From assembly GCA_950097015.1 (NCBI GenBank), contig CATNEN010000001.1, forward strand, positions 7,130,001 to 7,194,000: a DNA stretch of 64,000 bases, read 5' to 3'. Numbering within the stretch: position 1 is the stretch's first letter; each line of letters begins with the position of its first letter. Below are positions 13,101 to 28,100 of this stretch, one piece after another. A program made the translations under genes and the position numbers. The notes beneath the pieces are model-generated. The model had not been told where the DNA came from. It did not search any database and saw nothing but the letters and a program-made list of their open reading frames with translations. This DNA is from Macrostomum hystrix (Eukaryota; Animalia; Platyhelminthes).

Positions 13101-16100
13101 TCGGGCCTCGGGGTTGGCAGCGGCTCCGGAGCTGGCGGCACTGCTGGCGACATTGGCGGCGTCGGTGGCGACAGCAGCGGCGATGAAGCCGGAGCCGGTG
13201 AATTGTGGGACGACGACTCATTGTGCACGTATTTTCCTTGGCTGAAAGCTGTTACGGCGTTTGCTAATCGAACTAACTTCGTTTGTGAGCATCAGGTAAA
13301 CTACGGCTTCATCAAGAATTTCAATCATATGCTTGCATGATCTCACCATATCCTTTATTACTGAGGCTCAAGTACTTTTTTCTCCAGGGCTTCTGTCATC
13401 CAAACTGTTTTGAACGTCAGCAACGCCAATGTCGCCGGCTATTGAATGCTTTTCGCCGAGTCTACGGCGACTCTCCACCAGATGACACCGACCCGGACGC
13501 TGCTATGGACAAAGATAGCACGGAATATTCTGGCGATAAAAAGTACAGTATCTTCCGTAGGCGCAGTATGTTTCCGGCAGCTGCAAGTGGCGCATCTCCT
13601 GGACGTCTGGGCACGCGCGACAGTACTCCGTTGTTAACTAAACTCGATCCGGCCGCTCTGCAGAGAAAGCTTCACGAAAAGGAGAAGCCGGAGAAGAAGG
13701 GTGCTCGCAAGCGATCGATAGATCAGGCTATGATACGCTACTTGGACGACCACGTGCTGCAACTCACACAAGCATCATTCTCAGTTATCTGCAAGTCTTG
13801 CACCTTGCTAGGTGAGATGGGTGTGTAGATAATACTTGTTGAAAAAAGTACACATAAAAATTCGTTAATCGTTTTTATGGCCCAGGCATCGACCATTGGT
13901 GCGACATCATGCCGGTTGCTTGGGAACTTTTGTTAGAAGCGGACATCGAACTCGCAACCGCCGCTGCGACGGTATTCCTTCTAGCAGCTGTCCGCATCCC
14001 AGATCAGGTGCAGGAGCTAATGGTGCGAGAGTTGCAGCATGACGACGTTCAACAACGTATGAATGCAGTACTGCGTTTTCGCAGCTTATGGATGTCCCGA
14101 TTTCAGGTAAATATGTATATATTTAAATATACAATGTAATGTCGTATGCATTTCGTACTGTTTGTATCCAAATTCTAAGTTCCCAAGACGAAATTAATTT
14201 TTTATTTCGCTTCCGGTATGACAAGAAAACATGTAACGTAGTAAAAGCAGATTGTAAACACATTTTTTTCCAAAAAAGGTCTGGCTTCGTCTTGAGGACG
14301 GGGCAGCAGCAAATTTTAAGATTCCACCGCCGAACATTGAATTCGTGCTGCCATCGCCGCCTCTAGGCAGTGTGAATGCCAATATACCCGATCCACCTTG
14401 GATGCCTCGCGTTAAACAATCAGTGGAAGAGGTTCAGTTAAAGCAGGACGAAGTGGCCAAAACATTTGTCACTGCTTCAACTACTCGACGAAAGCAACAG
14501 GAGGAGCTTATGGCTAAAGAAGTTACTGCTGAAGAGCAGCGAAGGCGCACAGCCCGGGAGCGCTTTCCTTTGATGGGTCAGGCGGTGTGCACACTGGCTG
14601 GATACGAACCCGCCCTGTTTCATCAGCCCACTGAGGAGCACGATGAAGGTGAGCAAATTTCTGATCTATTTGGCTGTTAGGATGTATTAATTTTTATTTT
14701 ATTTTTACTTTTTTATTATCGAATAAAAAGCACATAAGCAATTAAAAACGTTTATCTTCTAGCATTTGACAGCAAAGCTTCCATCGTTTAATATACGATA
14801 TTATTACATTGTCGTACAAGTGTAGATCTAACTAACATCACCTATATTCCTTGTCGTAATATATAGTTTTGGAAAATGACGATAACAAACTCCATATCGT
14901 TAAGGTGAAGAAAAGAGACTTTACTAGGAGAGACTGCAAGTCTAGGCAAGAATGCAAGAGAGTCTCTAAGAGAGACTTTATAAGACATACAGAGACATAC
15001 GTTTTTATTACATACAGAGAACTAACAGTGGAATAACCAAGTATGCTCTACATTTGTGACTCTACTGATAAAATGATAGATTTGACGAAGCATTAAAAAT
15101 TAGAGTTTCGGTCAATCTTTGCTGTAGACATCGCTGAACGTTTAAATAATAAAACATTCAGATTTTATGAAACAATCTTATTGAGCGAATCCTTGAACCT
15201 GCAACTGAATGCTAAATTAAAGTTACTGCTAGGGACTTTTTTAGAGAGTATGCCCACTTTAATGTTTTTTTGCTCGATATTTATTATAACTCTTCGCTTT
15301 TTATCTCCGTACAGTGCCACATATTACAGGTAACGTTGTTTAGAAATGAATGTGATGGTTTTCCTACTTATTTTAGTCTCGATGTTGTTTTTTATTGGCC
15401 GCGAAAAGTTACATTAGAAGTTCTTTCAAACCTTATGCGATGAACCATGCGCGTGATAACATTAAAAATTGGCAATTCGTGAATAGAAAAGTAATTAAGC
15501 ATACTAAATAAAACGAATTGATTTATAGGATGCTGATCTTTAGAAGCAATCTTTCAGTATTTTAATGTTCAAATTAAAAAAATCCTAAATACTTTATTTA
15601 TTTAGTTTTAAATCTTGAGTCTTGTAGTTTCATGATTATCTTCAAATGAAAAAAAGGTATATTTTGTTTGTTTTGTACTACTAAATGTGCGCTCCGTATA
15701 CTTATTCCTGAAACAGTTTTTTGTATTTGTTTCCCCTTACCTGCAGAGAAAAACTTTAATATGTACTCTTATGTATCATAGTAAATATGCAAAAATCTTA
15801 CAGTAGAGTTTGCAATCTCGTTTGCATGATCGTACGAATGTTGTGACTCGAAGAACCAGGAAATTCCTTTTGTGTGCTATTTCTCAGTTAAACGCAAAGA
15901 AAAGTTCAGTTAAAACTGTTAACAATATATGAAAATAGGATTGAACTATATACACAGAAACTGCACAGTCTGTTATAAGCATAGAAAAAAATCTAGAAAT
16001 TTTACTCAAACATGTACGCCTTATTGGACGTTCCTGTTCGACCTATTGAAGTGGGTAGAAAAAATATTTGATAACCCTTTAATAAATTACTATGTAAAAA

Positions 16101-19100
16101 TCTAATATGGTCGAGGCGATAAAGGGCCACAATTAAATGGGAGTAAAGTCCTAACTGTTTACAAAGTATTCAAATGTTTACTTTTAAAAGGCCAGACGGT
16201 AAATGAAAATTTCATTGCTGATAGAAACAGTTTTCCGAGTCTTTTGGACTCTTGTCGGTTCCAACTTCGTTCTTAATACTCTTAAGTACTTTAATCTAGA
16301 TTAATTTATTTTACGAATAACTCATAGCTTTATTAATTAGTTTATAAAAAACGAAATTACTGTCAGGACTCAGAAATCGTTTAGATTTTATGTCATTTTT
16401 CAGCAGCGCAGTCTTTGTTGCGTTTTATATGCCGCATAGAAGTTTTTCGGGTTTCCACTACATTGCAAAGAATAGCACAGAAAAACTTTTTATAAAGAAA
16501 TATTCTTATTTGGAATGTTTATACAACAATTTTTTTACATTTGCGGGTAAATATGTTTTTTTTCAAGTCATAAATACGCTCGTACCATTCAATAAAAGCA
16601 TGAGAACCATAAGTAGGCAGCTTTTTGCATCTTACAAATCTTATGTTTTTTTCGTCAGACTTTTACCTCAGGAATATTAATAAGCGATTTTTTTAGCTAG
16701 GGCTATAGTGTTGTTGAAATATTTTTTATTACGGATTGGCTACCATTAACGAAAGGCACTCAGGTTTCTATTTAGAAAGTATAAAAGCGAAACGCCAAAT
16801 TAGTTTTTTTCTTCAGTTTATGTTTTTTACAAAACAAATGCTTGTTGAAGAATTTTATTAACAAAAGATCATAATTCCATTATTAGTGTTTGCTGCGCGA
16901 GATTTTCATACTACTTACCGTTTCTGAATCCTGCAGCGTTTAGGATAAATAGTTTCTAATAAATGCCACTCTGCTGCCGCCGACTCTGCGAGAATTTTTT
17001 ATGCGCACTAGCAGCGAGTAGTTGTCACCCTTGCTGCGTCTCAACGAGGCTTTTTATGGGCTGGTTTTGATAGGAATTTTGATAGGAAAATATACCTTTT
17101 GCGATCTAGTTTGCCAGAACTGTGTACAATACATTTCGTCCAGGCGTAAATATCACGCTCAATTTACTGGCTATGCTCAGTTTCAGCCATAGACTAATCT
17201 CTGAAAACTGCAATCAGTTTTGCTATTAGCTCCTCTGCGAGGCGCAGTCTCAATACGACCGGTAGTATTGAATTGTCCGACGTGAGTCACGTGGTTCTTC
17301 GCGCAATGTGCAGAAGCCTTACCGAAACCTAGCCAGTCCTCTCCATCTTGAAATTCTTAAATCAAACGCTGTCTGTCCTTTGCAGAAATCATTGGTAAGG
17401 TCTACGCAGAGCTATTCTTGTTCCGTCTGTGTCTAGCCCGTCTTTCTATCGATGATTTTTGTTTGATATGGTCAAACTAGGTCGCAGTTGAGGCAAAATT
17501 GATTGTAGTGAAAGAGATTCGTCTATGGCAGAACTTAGTGATGAATGCAGAGACTGAGCATAGACCAAAATTGAGTGACAGTTTCGCCTAGGCAAATTTT
17601 ATTGCAGTTTTTGCCAACTGGGAGATCGAAAAAAGAATAAAGAGTTAAAGCCCATGCTTCATGCCTGACGGTGCCTTTATTAAATTTACACCTGCAGAGC
17701 ATGGGTATTACTGTTATTGTGCCATAGAAATTTTGCCTCAGAGAGCGTTTCCGATTGGTCGTGTGGCCTTTTTCAGGGGCGGAAAATCGTTTATTGATTA
17801 AATTACCAGACATTTATTGGTCTATGGCAATTAACAGGCACGATTTTCAGCCCGCCGGGAAAAATTCATGGTACAATTGATATCGAAATACTGATGAATT
17901 AACGATAACGCAGATGCGGAAGTAAAAGCATTTCATTCTTTTTGGGCTTATCACCGAAATTTGGTATGAACAATAGCCAATATTATTATTAGTTAATGTT
18001 AGTTTCAAAATGTATCTTGACTATGCGAAAGTCAATCTTATTTTCAAAATCTTTAAAAGTATTGTGGCTAATATTTAAAGTACGAACTAATTTAATACTC
18101 AATCACAAAGCGGTGTCATCTCATATAGTTGCTAAAAACTATACCCATTGATTTTCAGCTGGGAATTAGATAGCCAACTGCCTTGTTTTCATATATAAAA
18201 CTTTTTGTTGCACACCCATGCTTTCTAAACACTAACAGTTATTTAGTCATTAACTTTGATTAAAAAGCGAATGAAAAGGAAAAAATAACTAGCGTACTTC
18301 GCACACGCCATCCCCTCCCAGTATCTTCTGCGGAGCCCGACCATCGCAGACCGTCGTCTGCTCCAATGGCTGCTCGAAACTCCACAGCTCGGGCCTTCCT
18401 GCACGGCCCGGGTTACCAGGGCCGAGGCCCTATGTCAGAAGGTTTGTTTTCTAGTTTTTACTCCCTGAGTGGTAGGAATATTTATGAGATTTCAAAGTGT
18501 CCAGTACTATTAAGACGCAAATGCGATTCTGGAATGCGGTGCCTTTAGACATCTTAATTATAACAGTTCGAAAACTATTTTTTAGCATAGATTTCAGATA
18601 TAGGTTTCAAAGTCCTAAAATAATTAACAAAAAACTGTTGCTGATTCTGACTCACTATTTTCTCATCAGTTAATCTTTTTTTCGAGTAGTTTTATACAAG
18701 ATTTACACGACTATAGTCGTGTAAAAAAGGCAATTACGCTCATATATACTCGAGAATAATATTATAAAGATTTAAATTACCTATCATTTTCGTTATATTA
18801 CAAGAAAATTACTTCATCACGATGAATAAGCTATATGGTCTGTCTTTTAAAATAACCCATAAGTCACCCTTCTGGAGGAATAGCCGACTCATCAAATGAA
18901 ACTGATCTGCTTTGTAATTCACAAAGCTTAATATTATATATCAGATTTCCTCCTATTACAATACGTTGCATCTAATTCTTCCCTAACCTTGATTTACAAT
19001 CTTACTATTTACCATTATTGATAATCAATGATTAAGTCAAATCACGCGTTTATTTTTGCTTTCAAAAGACAGAGTTCTTTAGAAACACATAATTAGCCAT

Positions 19101-22100
19101 TTGTAAATATGATAGATATCTTTTGAACACAAGTTACCAGCCAACAATAATAATGCTCAAAAGCGTTGTTTTTTGAGGAACTTTAAACAATGTATTTAAA
19201 AAAGTAGGTTCTTGTAAAAGCACAAGAAAACCAAGTTCGGTGTTGAAAAAACGAAACTAAGTACTCGTATAAAAATAAAAAACGAGGATTTTTTAAAGAG
19301 ATCGCAAACTTGAAAAGCGTGTTGATGATAATTACTCACGTTGTATTAGAAAAATAATTTTAAAGAACGACCTAAATCATGCAAAAGAGCAAATACATAT
19401 GATGCACCACCCTTTTGTGGCAATCTTTGACTGTATTTGTCTTTTAGCTTCACATTCTGTTTATTTATATTTCGTAGCTTGTATAACGTTTTATAAAAAA
19501 TCAATCAGTTTTTTCTTAAATCTCCTGAAGTTGAGAGAGTTAAACGAAGTTAAAGAAGTGCGCGCATGCGATAGTTCAGTTCCTACAGCTATATTCTTCT
19601 TCGCTTTTATAACTTTTAGAGAAAATTATTTCTCTTTTACTGTGTGTCGGCAAAAGAAAATACTATTGTAGTTTTTTCACGAGCAAGCATGTTTTCTGCA
19701 GCTTACCGCTTCGGCTACCAATTGGCCGAATTCTTTCGACGTAGAGACTCCAATATTTATTTTTTCAATTGATTTCTGAATATTTGAATATTTTACTTTT
19801 AGGAACGCTAGTAGCAGATATTTGACTCTTGAAATTTCAAAGAATAAAAGTTTTTATACATCCATAAATTTCTTTCTTAGTGCTGGCTGGCCAGGCTGTG
19901 CAGTAACGCCGCTAAATAATAATTTGATTCCCTTTACTTCGTTAATCTTGAATGAGTACTATGTTGAAGGGTCCCAAAAGGTCTCTTTTAGATGAATAAT
20001 AATTTGCTATAAGGGATTACCGAGTGGTGCAGTTCAACGTATGCAGTGCTATATTGCGATTAGTTGCTTCTTAGTTGCTTCGTAAGTAGCACTTTAAAGA
20101 GACAGCAGAGCATTTAGTGGTTCTTAAAATGTTATCCATGGGCTATATTTGTTTCGAAAGCACGCTGTACGATATTTAATTTTATAAAGTGATATCTAGC
20201 AGAAAATACCCAAAAGAAACTTTAATTATAATTATTGCACAGTAAAAGATAGTAAAACAAAATTAAAACAATATTTTAGATTCCAACCAACTATCACAGA
20301 CAGAAGTGCGACTTAAAGCCCCTGCGATACATATTTTACCAACAAAGCAAAAAACTGCATCAGCTTCTAATTCGTCAAGTTTGGTTAACGTGGCTTCAGG
20401 ACTTTGTAAAACTCAAATTCGCTCGGCTTGTATGTGTCAGTCCACTTTTACGCCGTCTTTTTCTTCATCAAAGACTATTTCAGTATTTATTAGAGATTTA
20501 AGCTAGTCATAGTATAGTTCCATGAATCATTTGAAAATGTTTTAGATGTGAACTATGTTGCCCTAAAAATTGGCTATGGACAGTGGCAGGGCTAAGAAAT
20601 ATTAATGACACAAGTGGGCCAAAAATATCTTTGGGTTGCATCGCATTTTTACATATATTTTCTGACTCACGAAAGTAAATAATTCCTAGCGGCCTTGCCG
20701 TACTTCACTACACCATTGCACCAATTCGCAAAAAGTGAATTTGAAAAGAATAATGAAAGCTTGCATAAAGGAAGCACTATGTGAAAAGCACTTTTAAAGA
20801 GGCGTTTCTCGTAATTCAATCACTGAGCAAAACCGTTTCGTCACTTATTTTATTTTTTTCGCTCTAAAGAACGTAAAAATTAAGGATTAAACCAGATAAA
20901 TTCAGTGTTATTGTTACCATCAGATGGTAAAATGGTCTATGGGAAAATGTTCCATGTACTTGCCCAGTATTTCGAATACCTTTTGTATTAGAGAAATTTA
21001 TAATAGTCGTATTTGTTTATAGAGATATTATCTTGAATAATAAGTTCTCGTTTTTCTCTAGTCGTAGCCTTGTGTGCTATGTGATGCACTTTTTTCTTGC
21101 AGATTTGCATCTGCAAAATTATGCGGCAATAACTGTAATGTAGATAATCGTACATTTATTTGTTTTGTATGCACTAGCTAGGGTACTTTGATAAAAAATA
21201 GGCACCGGACTCTCCGGCCAAAAAGTAATACTAGATTTCCAGTTAATATTAGATATAGTAAAAATAAAAAATTGTTTTTCTACCTCGAAAAAAAGGTGCC
21301 GCTTAATTATGATTTGTGTTCTCCCTAGTCTCCCCAAAAGTAAAAATATATATATTCATTTTTACTGCATAGCTTTGCTTCTTAATTGAGGTCTTACTTA
21401 GTGGGTGAACGCGAAAAATCCCTATTGAAGTATTTTAAATTTGGCTTTGAATGAACCTAGTAAATAATAAAAATATTTTATCTAGGGTTAAGAAGAGTTG
21501 TTAATGATTCTACCAAGTTTATTATGTAACGGACTAGCTGATAGAAGTATCCCCTATTAATAATGCATTATAGTTACGGTATAGTTATATATATAGTAAT
21601 GTAGAAATTATTACCAGAGTTTCGCACCAAAATCTATATGGTAGCGACACATTGCAGCGTGCAGTGAATGAGACTTGAAGTTTTTTTAAACTGCTACAAA
21701 AATTGCACACATTAGAAGTTCCAAATGCTACTGCGCCTCATTTAGAATCAAATTATAAGTACACTGCTACCTACTTCAAAGCTAAAATGTATAGTATCTT
21801 AAATGTATAGTATCTTTGGAAGACATTCAACACCACTTCTTGTCGTATACAAAGTTTTAAATACATATATGTTCTGTATTATTGGATCTATAGCCCTTAC
21901 CGATTGAAACCCCCCATTACTCTAATCCAGATGAAGAATGCGTACTATCTATGACGGTGCCCACTGTTGCGCCACAGACTCTGCAGCAGGCGCAGAGTGT
22001 TTTCCCGTCCTGCATTTGCGGTGCAGTGGTACCAATTATTCACCTGCTTGATGACTATGAAGTGAACGGTGATGGGATAGCTGGTGAGAGCTTGGTTACT

Positions 22101-25100
22101 CCTCAAAAATTCTTTCTTGTTAAGCATTGAAGCTAATTTGGATCAAATTTCTGCTTAATTTTTTACAAATTGCACAATTTAAGTGTCCCAAATTGCTCGT
22201 CAAGTCATTTGGAGTAGTCTGGTCGAAGATCCAAATTTATTTCTGCGCTATTTCCTGGAAAAGCTGACGCGGATGCATAAAAAGGTAGGTCTTATTCCTT
22301 GGTTGTTTTGCTTTTAATGCATCAGTAAAGTAAAGCTTCCTCTAAAAACTCTTTAAAACTCTTCATTTGTTTTGACTGTCGCACTAACATGCCTTGCACA
22401 AATGCAGTCTTTTATGTATGTAAATAGAAATTTAATCCAGCCTCTTACATTGCATAAGCTTTACAACGCTATTTTGTTTCTAGTGACAATTTTATTTATT
22501 CGTATTTTTCTGTTTGAAGTATATTTAAGGAGAAATCAAGCCTTTAACTCAAGTCTCGTTTCAGTATCAGTCTATACTACTGCATTTTATTTACAATAAG
22601 TTCGATCCCGCAACACTTAATTTAACAATTTTTTTATTTAGAACGCTTTTACGCAAATGAGACAGGTAAGTTATTTCTAAAAGCAACACAAAGAACATGT
22701 ATAAATATATTTATATAAAAATCCAAAGCATACTTTCTGCATAGTCATTCATATTAGTACTTATTAAACTTGGATATCAAACCAAATCAAATTTGTTTAT
22801 AGTACCCCCACATCCACCCCCTAAAAGAGCACGAATTCTATTAAATATGTCTTAAAACGTATGACAAGACTCCAACTAATCAAATATAGTCATCGCAATC
22901 CTTTGACACAGGCAAGAACTTATCTTCGCAACATATTCATATTCCTATTAATCTTATGCTTTTTTGTTGTTCACCAACATTTCTTCTTGCAACAACTATT
23001 GCAGCTCTCTTTTATTCTGTTAGATCATGTTTTGCTCTTAACTTTCGCGTCACATCTTGAACTTGACCTTTTAATGTTTAACTCCGAAAATGAGAATGCA
23101 CTCGCCCTGGTATTCTTGACAAAAATATAGCTTAGAACTAGTTACGAGATTTTAAAAGTAACGCTTGGAAAAATATTTTTATATAATTATTTTATCATTG
23201 AATTAAAACCCAAATTTTCACTTAACTAAAATTTAAAATCCATTCGCGAGCCTCCTGAATGACCCAATCTTGTTTTAGCAAATCGCCGCGCCTCTCAAGC
23301 AACTGCTTCCTTTGACCGAAGAGGTTAGAGGGTGCATTCTCAAACGCTCGCTGAAATTTCCTTTTTTCCTAATATTTCCATTGTACCCGAAAAAAATATT
23401 TAGGAATTGTAAGGAAATTGTTTCTAATTCTTTTAGAAACATCTTTTTCATGTTTTCCTTTTAAAGCCTCCCAATGCATCAGTCATCTGTGCGCATATAG
23501 ACTCTTGTGCGCATATAGACTAGCTGACAAATCAGAAAATCACGCTTCTTTTTTAAAATCGATCTTGTGTACAAAACTAGCGGATTAATCTGTCAGATCA
23601 ATGAACTAATTTTTGCACGTGCATTATACGATGTATCATCCAATATTTAAGGAAACCAAGAGTATCTTCATCAACGAGAGAATGATAATGTCTTAACTAT
23701 AAACTTTCTTGATGCATGTTGAAGTAAAATTTAGATTTACCAGGATTCAAAGTTTGTAACTTGTTTTCAACGTTCAACGAATAATATTTTTTCGAATCCC
23801 TCTAGCTATTTTTTCTTTAATGATTTAAAAACTTAGCTGCATTTTCATGGCTTCCTAGATACGTCGCTCTGCAACACTAGGAGATAGCCTTAAGCTAGCT
23901 TAATTGTATGTAATATTTTAAGTATGTCGTTATCAATCCTTCTTTACATTACACTGACCCTTATTGCTAAAATTTTCTTGAATTTTCTGTACGACTTTCT
24001 TATTTTTGCGACTCATGCAGAACCACTTTAATGCGATTGTTTGCAGGAGGAGTTGATCTTCGTCCTACGCAAGCTGATTGTTCGACTTACTGATTTACCG
24101 CCACAAGCTGCTCACGCAATGTTTAACTATATTGTGAGTAACGGATTTTATGATATCTTCAGCTCTCTTAACGGTTTATGCAACACAAAATTGAATAGCG
24201 AAATATTTCAGAAGTCATTTTCGTCTCTTTTTCTAGCAATTAGATAACATGGCTTGTTTATTTTCTTGCACAAAATGTCTTATTCTTATATTTTTGTTAA
24301 GATAATACATATTCATAACATCAAATTGTATTTTTAAGGTAGATAAAAATCTATAAGCTTCTAGAAGCACAGTCAAGGCCTCTAAGTGACAGAATAATCC
24401 CTCAAAATGTTATTTATTATTCTCAATTTTTAGCTTGGCTACGTGATGTTTTATGTCAGAACACCATCAGAAGGTGGTCAAGAAGCGATTGCTGGAGCAC
24501 TATCATTGCTTTGGCACATTGTTCCATTTGTTCAGGGCATCCAATTGAAAGATCTAAAACAAACACTGCGAAAGGAGCAGTGTGATGTAAGTTTGATGTC
24601 AATTATTTTGTGGCACTCAGAGTTAATATGTTGCACTTAAACGTCAATCTTAATGATAAAACGTAAATTTCTCTTTGGCAGCCCATGTTGATGATTACTG
24701 CTAACGTTCCTAGCGCTAAAAAAATAATCGTCAATGGACCGGACCTTTCTAGCGTCCCAAACTGCTACATTATCCAGGAGGTAAGATATCGGACTTTTTA
24801 TAGTCGACCCCAATATAGATCCTTTTATGAACTCATACAAGCTCTGAAGCACACTGAAATGGCGAATTCTGACCTATATAAAGGATACGAGATTTCAAGA
24901 CATTCTAAAGGACAGCCTGGAATTCTTTCGCATCGAGGACGATCAAGAATCCTACTTTTTGTGCGACACAAAATCACGTAAGCTTCTGAACTCAAACTTT
25001 TTCTCGTATGCATCTTTCCTTTAACTATCAGGTTTACTTTTGCTACTGGTTCTTTTTGCGCCTGCCGTTTAACTAAATTTATATACTTTTTCTCACCAAC

Positions 25101-28100
25101 TAACATACACCTTTATTCAAATATTTACATTTACGCTGAGAAAACTTACTAAATAAGAGGCTAATATTTTTTCGAGATCCTAATTGCACCTAGACTCCAA
25201 TATTTATAGAATTGAATTTATTTTTTATTACTAAAATTCTATTCAACTGGCTGCCTTTCCTTTGGCTAAATACCATTTTCTATGTCATCAAAAGCAGTTT
25301 TTTATGTATAAAAAACTTCAGTTTTATAAGAAATGAATTTATAAATAAAATTATAAACATTAAATTTAACCTCTTTTAGTGATTGTCAGATAATTTTTTT
25401 TACAAATGATTAGAAAACGTGCTATTTACAAAGGGGAAATCCGTTTAGAATTTAGGGACCCGAGTATTACTTACCTAAAAACGTCCTTTTCTATTGTTTT
25501 CTTGCTATCACATAAAGCATTTGTGTAATAAATTACACTTTATTATATTTTCCTTAATGGTGTGATGTTTATCTGTGCTACTCTTTTATAGTTTTTAGGA
25601 AAGCAAGCATGCAGATTTTTATTGACTAGTAGACCACTTGTGAAATCGATGAGAATAGGTAATACACAACGATGAATAAACGATCTTAACTAGTTTAAAA
25701 CAGAATAGTGTATTAAAAGAAAAAAGCACAGCAAAAAATAACAATACTCATCTAACATAATTCTGTACCTCGTCTGCCAGCATCTGACACCCACAGTACC
25801 GTGTTTGTGATCTGCAGTGAGTTATGAAACATTATGTCCGCATTATGTGCAATAGCAGCTTCACGATGTAGTCACAGAACGTCTGTGACTTTAGACAGTT
25901 ACAAATATGCGTTCTGTGTGCCTTACTATTTACCATGCTGCAGTTCACCAGTGCAGATTTTGCGACACTAAACCTTTTTTTATAAGATTGCACATTCAAT
26001 TATAATAAAAATATCAAAAGTAAAAGTTATGCATAATTATAGTATGCAGTATTTTGTTGCATCAAATATTTCATATAGATCAGCAATATTACCTTTTGGA
26101 ACTTCAGAAGCTTTCTATTTATAAATTGATGTAGAGGTAATGATTTTCTTTAAGTTTTCCAGTTCAACTAGTTCAACAAAAATAGTTTTAAAAAGGTTTC
26201 AAAATGAAATTTCTTCGAATAAATAGTCATAGATGGTTAATTTGCATCAGAAGTTCGAAAAAATATTATTATCTATGTATGAATAGCAGCAGCTGTTTAA
26301 AAATAACTCGAAACAATTAGTTTTTTATTACAAAAAAATCACAAATTATGCATCTACTAAAGCTTTTTTAGGCTCTGACTAGCGCGAAATATAGAACGTA
26401 GTAGTCAGAAATGCACGTATTGCCCTTCTGCGCATTTTTGTCAATTCCCGTTACATTTTCGCACTTTTAACTAAGAAAAGCAATCGAATAGCCCATATTT
26501 TTTATCTAAATCACTGAAGTATCTATTAATTTCATAGAAATTGACATTACAGACATCTTTGGGAAATATTTCTGCTAGATTATTTTTCAATCTAGTAGTC
26601 AAATCCAACACTTTAGTTGTGCAAACTTATACGGGTGTGCAGGACTCAGCAGGAGAGATATTTTAAGAAAACTGCTAATCAGTTAGAATAGCTTCTGGTT
26701 GCATTTTGTTTATGTACGTATATATAACTTCTTTTTAAAAACTTACACAATTTTTTACGCAAATATATCTATCGTTAGCTATTTTAATCTAGATACTCGT
26801 AAAAAGCAAGAAAGCAATGTGGATACAAAATTAATGCCAACAGCACTTTGAGTGTGCAATTGTTTAAATTATCAGCAAGTCTATTCTTCAAACTTAAGAT
26901 TATATTTTGGGTAAAATCTGGCCCTCTGTGTCCAAATTACATAATTTTCGTATTTCTTAGTTATTCCGCTTTTCGTTACTAACACAAGCAGTATTTTGCA
27001 CTTTTTATTTGGAACCGTTTTAAAAAACGTTTATTTATCATCGTTTTTTCTATACACTGCAAGTTCGCAAGAAAAATGGCTTCTGTAAGTAGCAGTCCTA
27101 ATCACTGCAGTCTGCCTTTGTTCTTACCCATTGTGGTGAAACATCAAACACTAATTAACCCACAGCTGTGTTTTCAAAATGTCTCACATTTCGAGCGGTT
27201 TTGATATGTGTGATTTTTTTCTGTTTGATTATTGCTTCTGTTAAAAAATGTTTATGATTTTGAATATTTTGACCAGTATTATTTATTTTTTTTAATGAAA
27301 TTACCACATATAATGTTTATATTAATAGGCTTTAGTTAAAGAGATGATTCAATGTATGAAAATGTTCAAGTCACCTGAGATTATCAAAAATAATGTAAAT
27401 GTCGATTTTTTCGACGCAACAACTTGCAATGTAAGGTTGTCCAGCTAGATTTAATAATCCCTTCAAATATAATTTATAAATATAAGCCATAGCATTAAGG
27501 GCATGAAATATTTGCCAGAAGGGGGGAAATTGGATATTTATAGTAACAATATACCGCTTCAAACAAACCCGGCTGAGCTTTCTGGTTTCGGTCCAACAAA
27601 GCATTCGCTAAGGTTGTGTCGCATTGTGTTTTTGCAATATTTTAATATATTACTTTAAAGTATTTGCAGCTTTCAAAACATAATAAATATTAAGTCTAGC
27701 TCATTGATAAAAGTTTGTATTTATTACACTCGATTCTAGCGCCGCAACGCAAATATGCATTTTCATTTCAAAACACGTCTTATAGCTTCTAAGGTCACCG
27801 CTACAATCACACTTGCTTAAATTGCGTATTTTTAGAGTGACTTACCTAAATAATTAGTTGTTCTTATTTCTGGATAACTTAGATTGATCTTAAATTCTAA
27901 GAATGATTAGACTATGCGTTTAAAGTATTTTGTGAACTGCACTTTTTAATTTTGAATATGAATAGTATATTCGTTATTAAATTATGATCAAAATGGAATC
28001 TTAACTAACCGTTACTCAGTAGAGTTTGGCAATCTATCAAATTAAAAAACATCAAATCAAAATCAAATTACTCTTTGCTTACTTACAACTCAGAAAAAAG

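Noticed and set aside
15747-15780. Further microexon candidates at 15747, 19881, 20280, 21103 and 28135
   Set aside because: Good acceptors, but available donors give non-symmetric lengths or stops; not supportable without RNA data.
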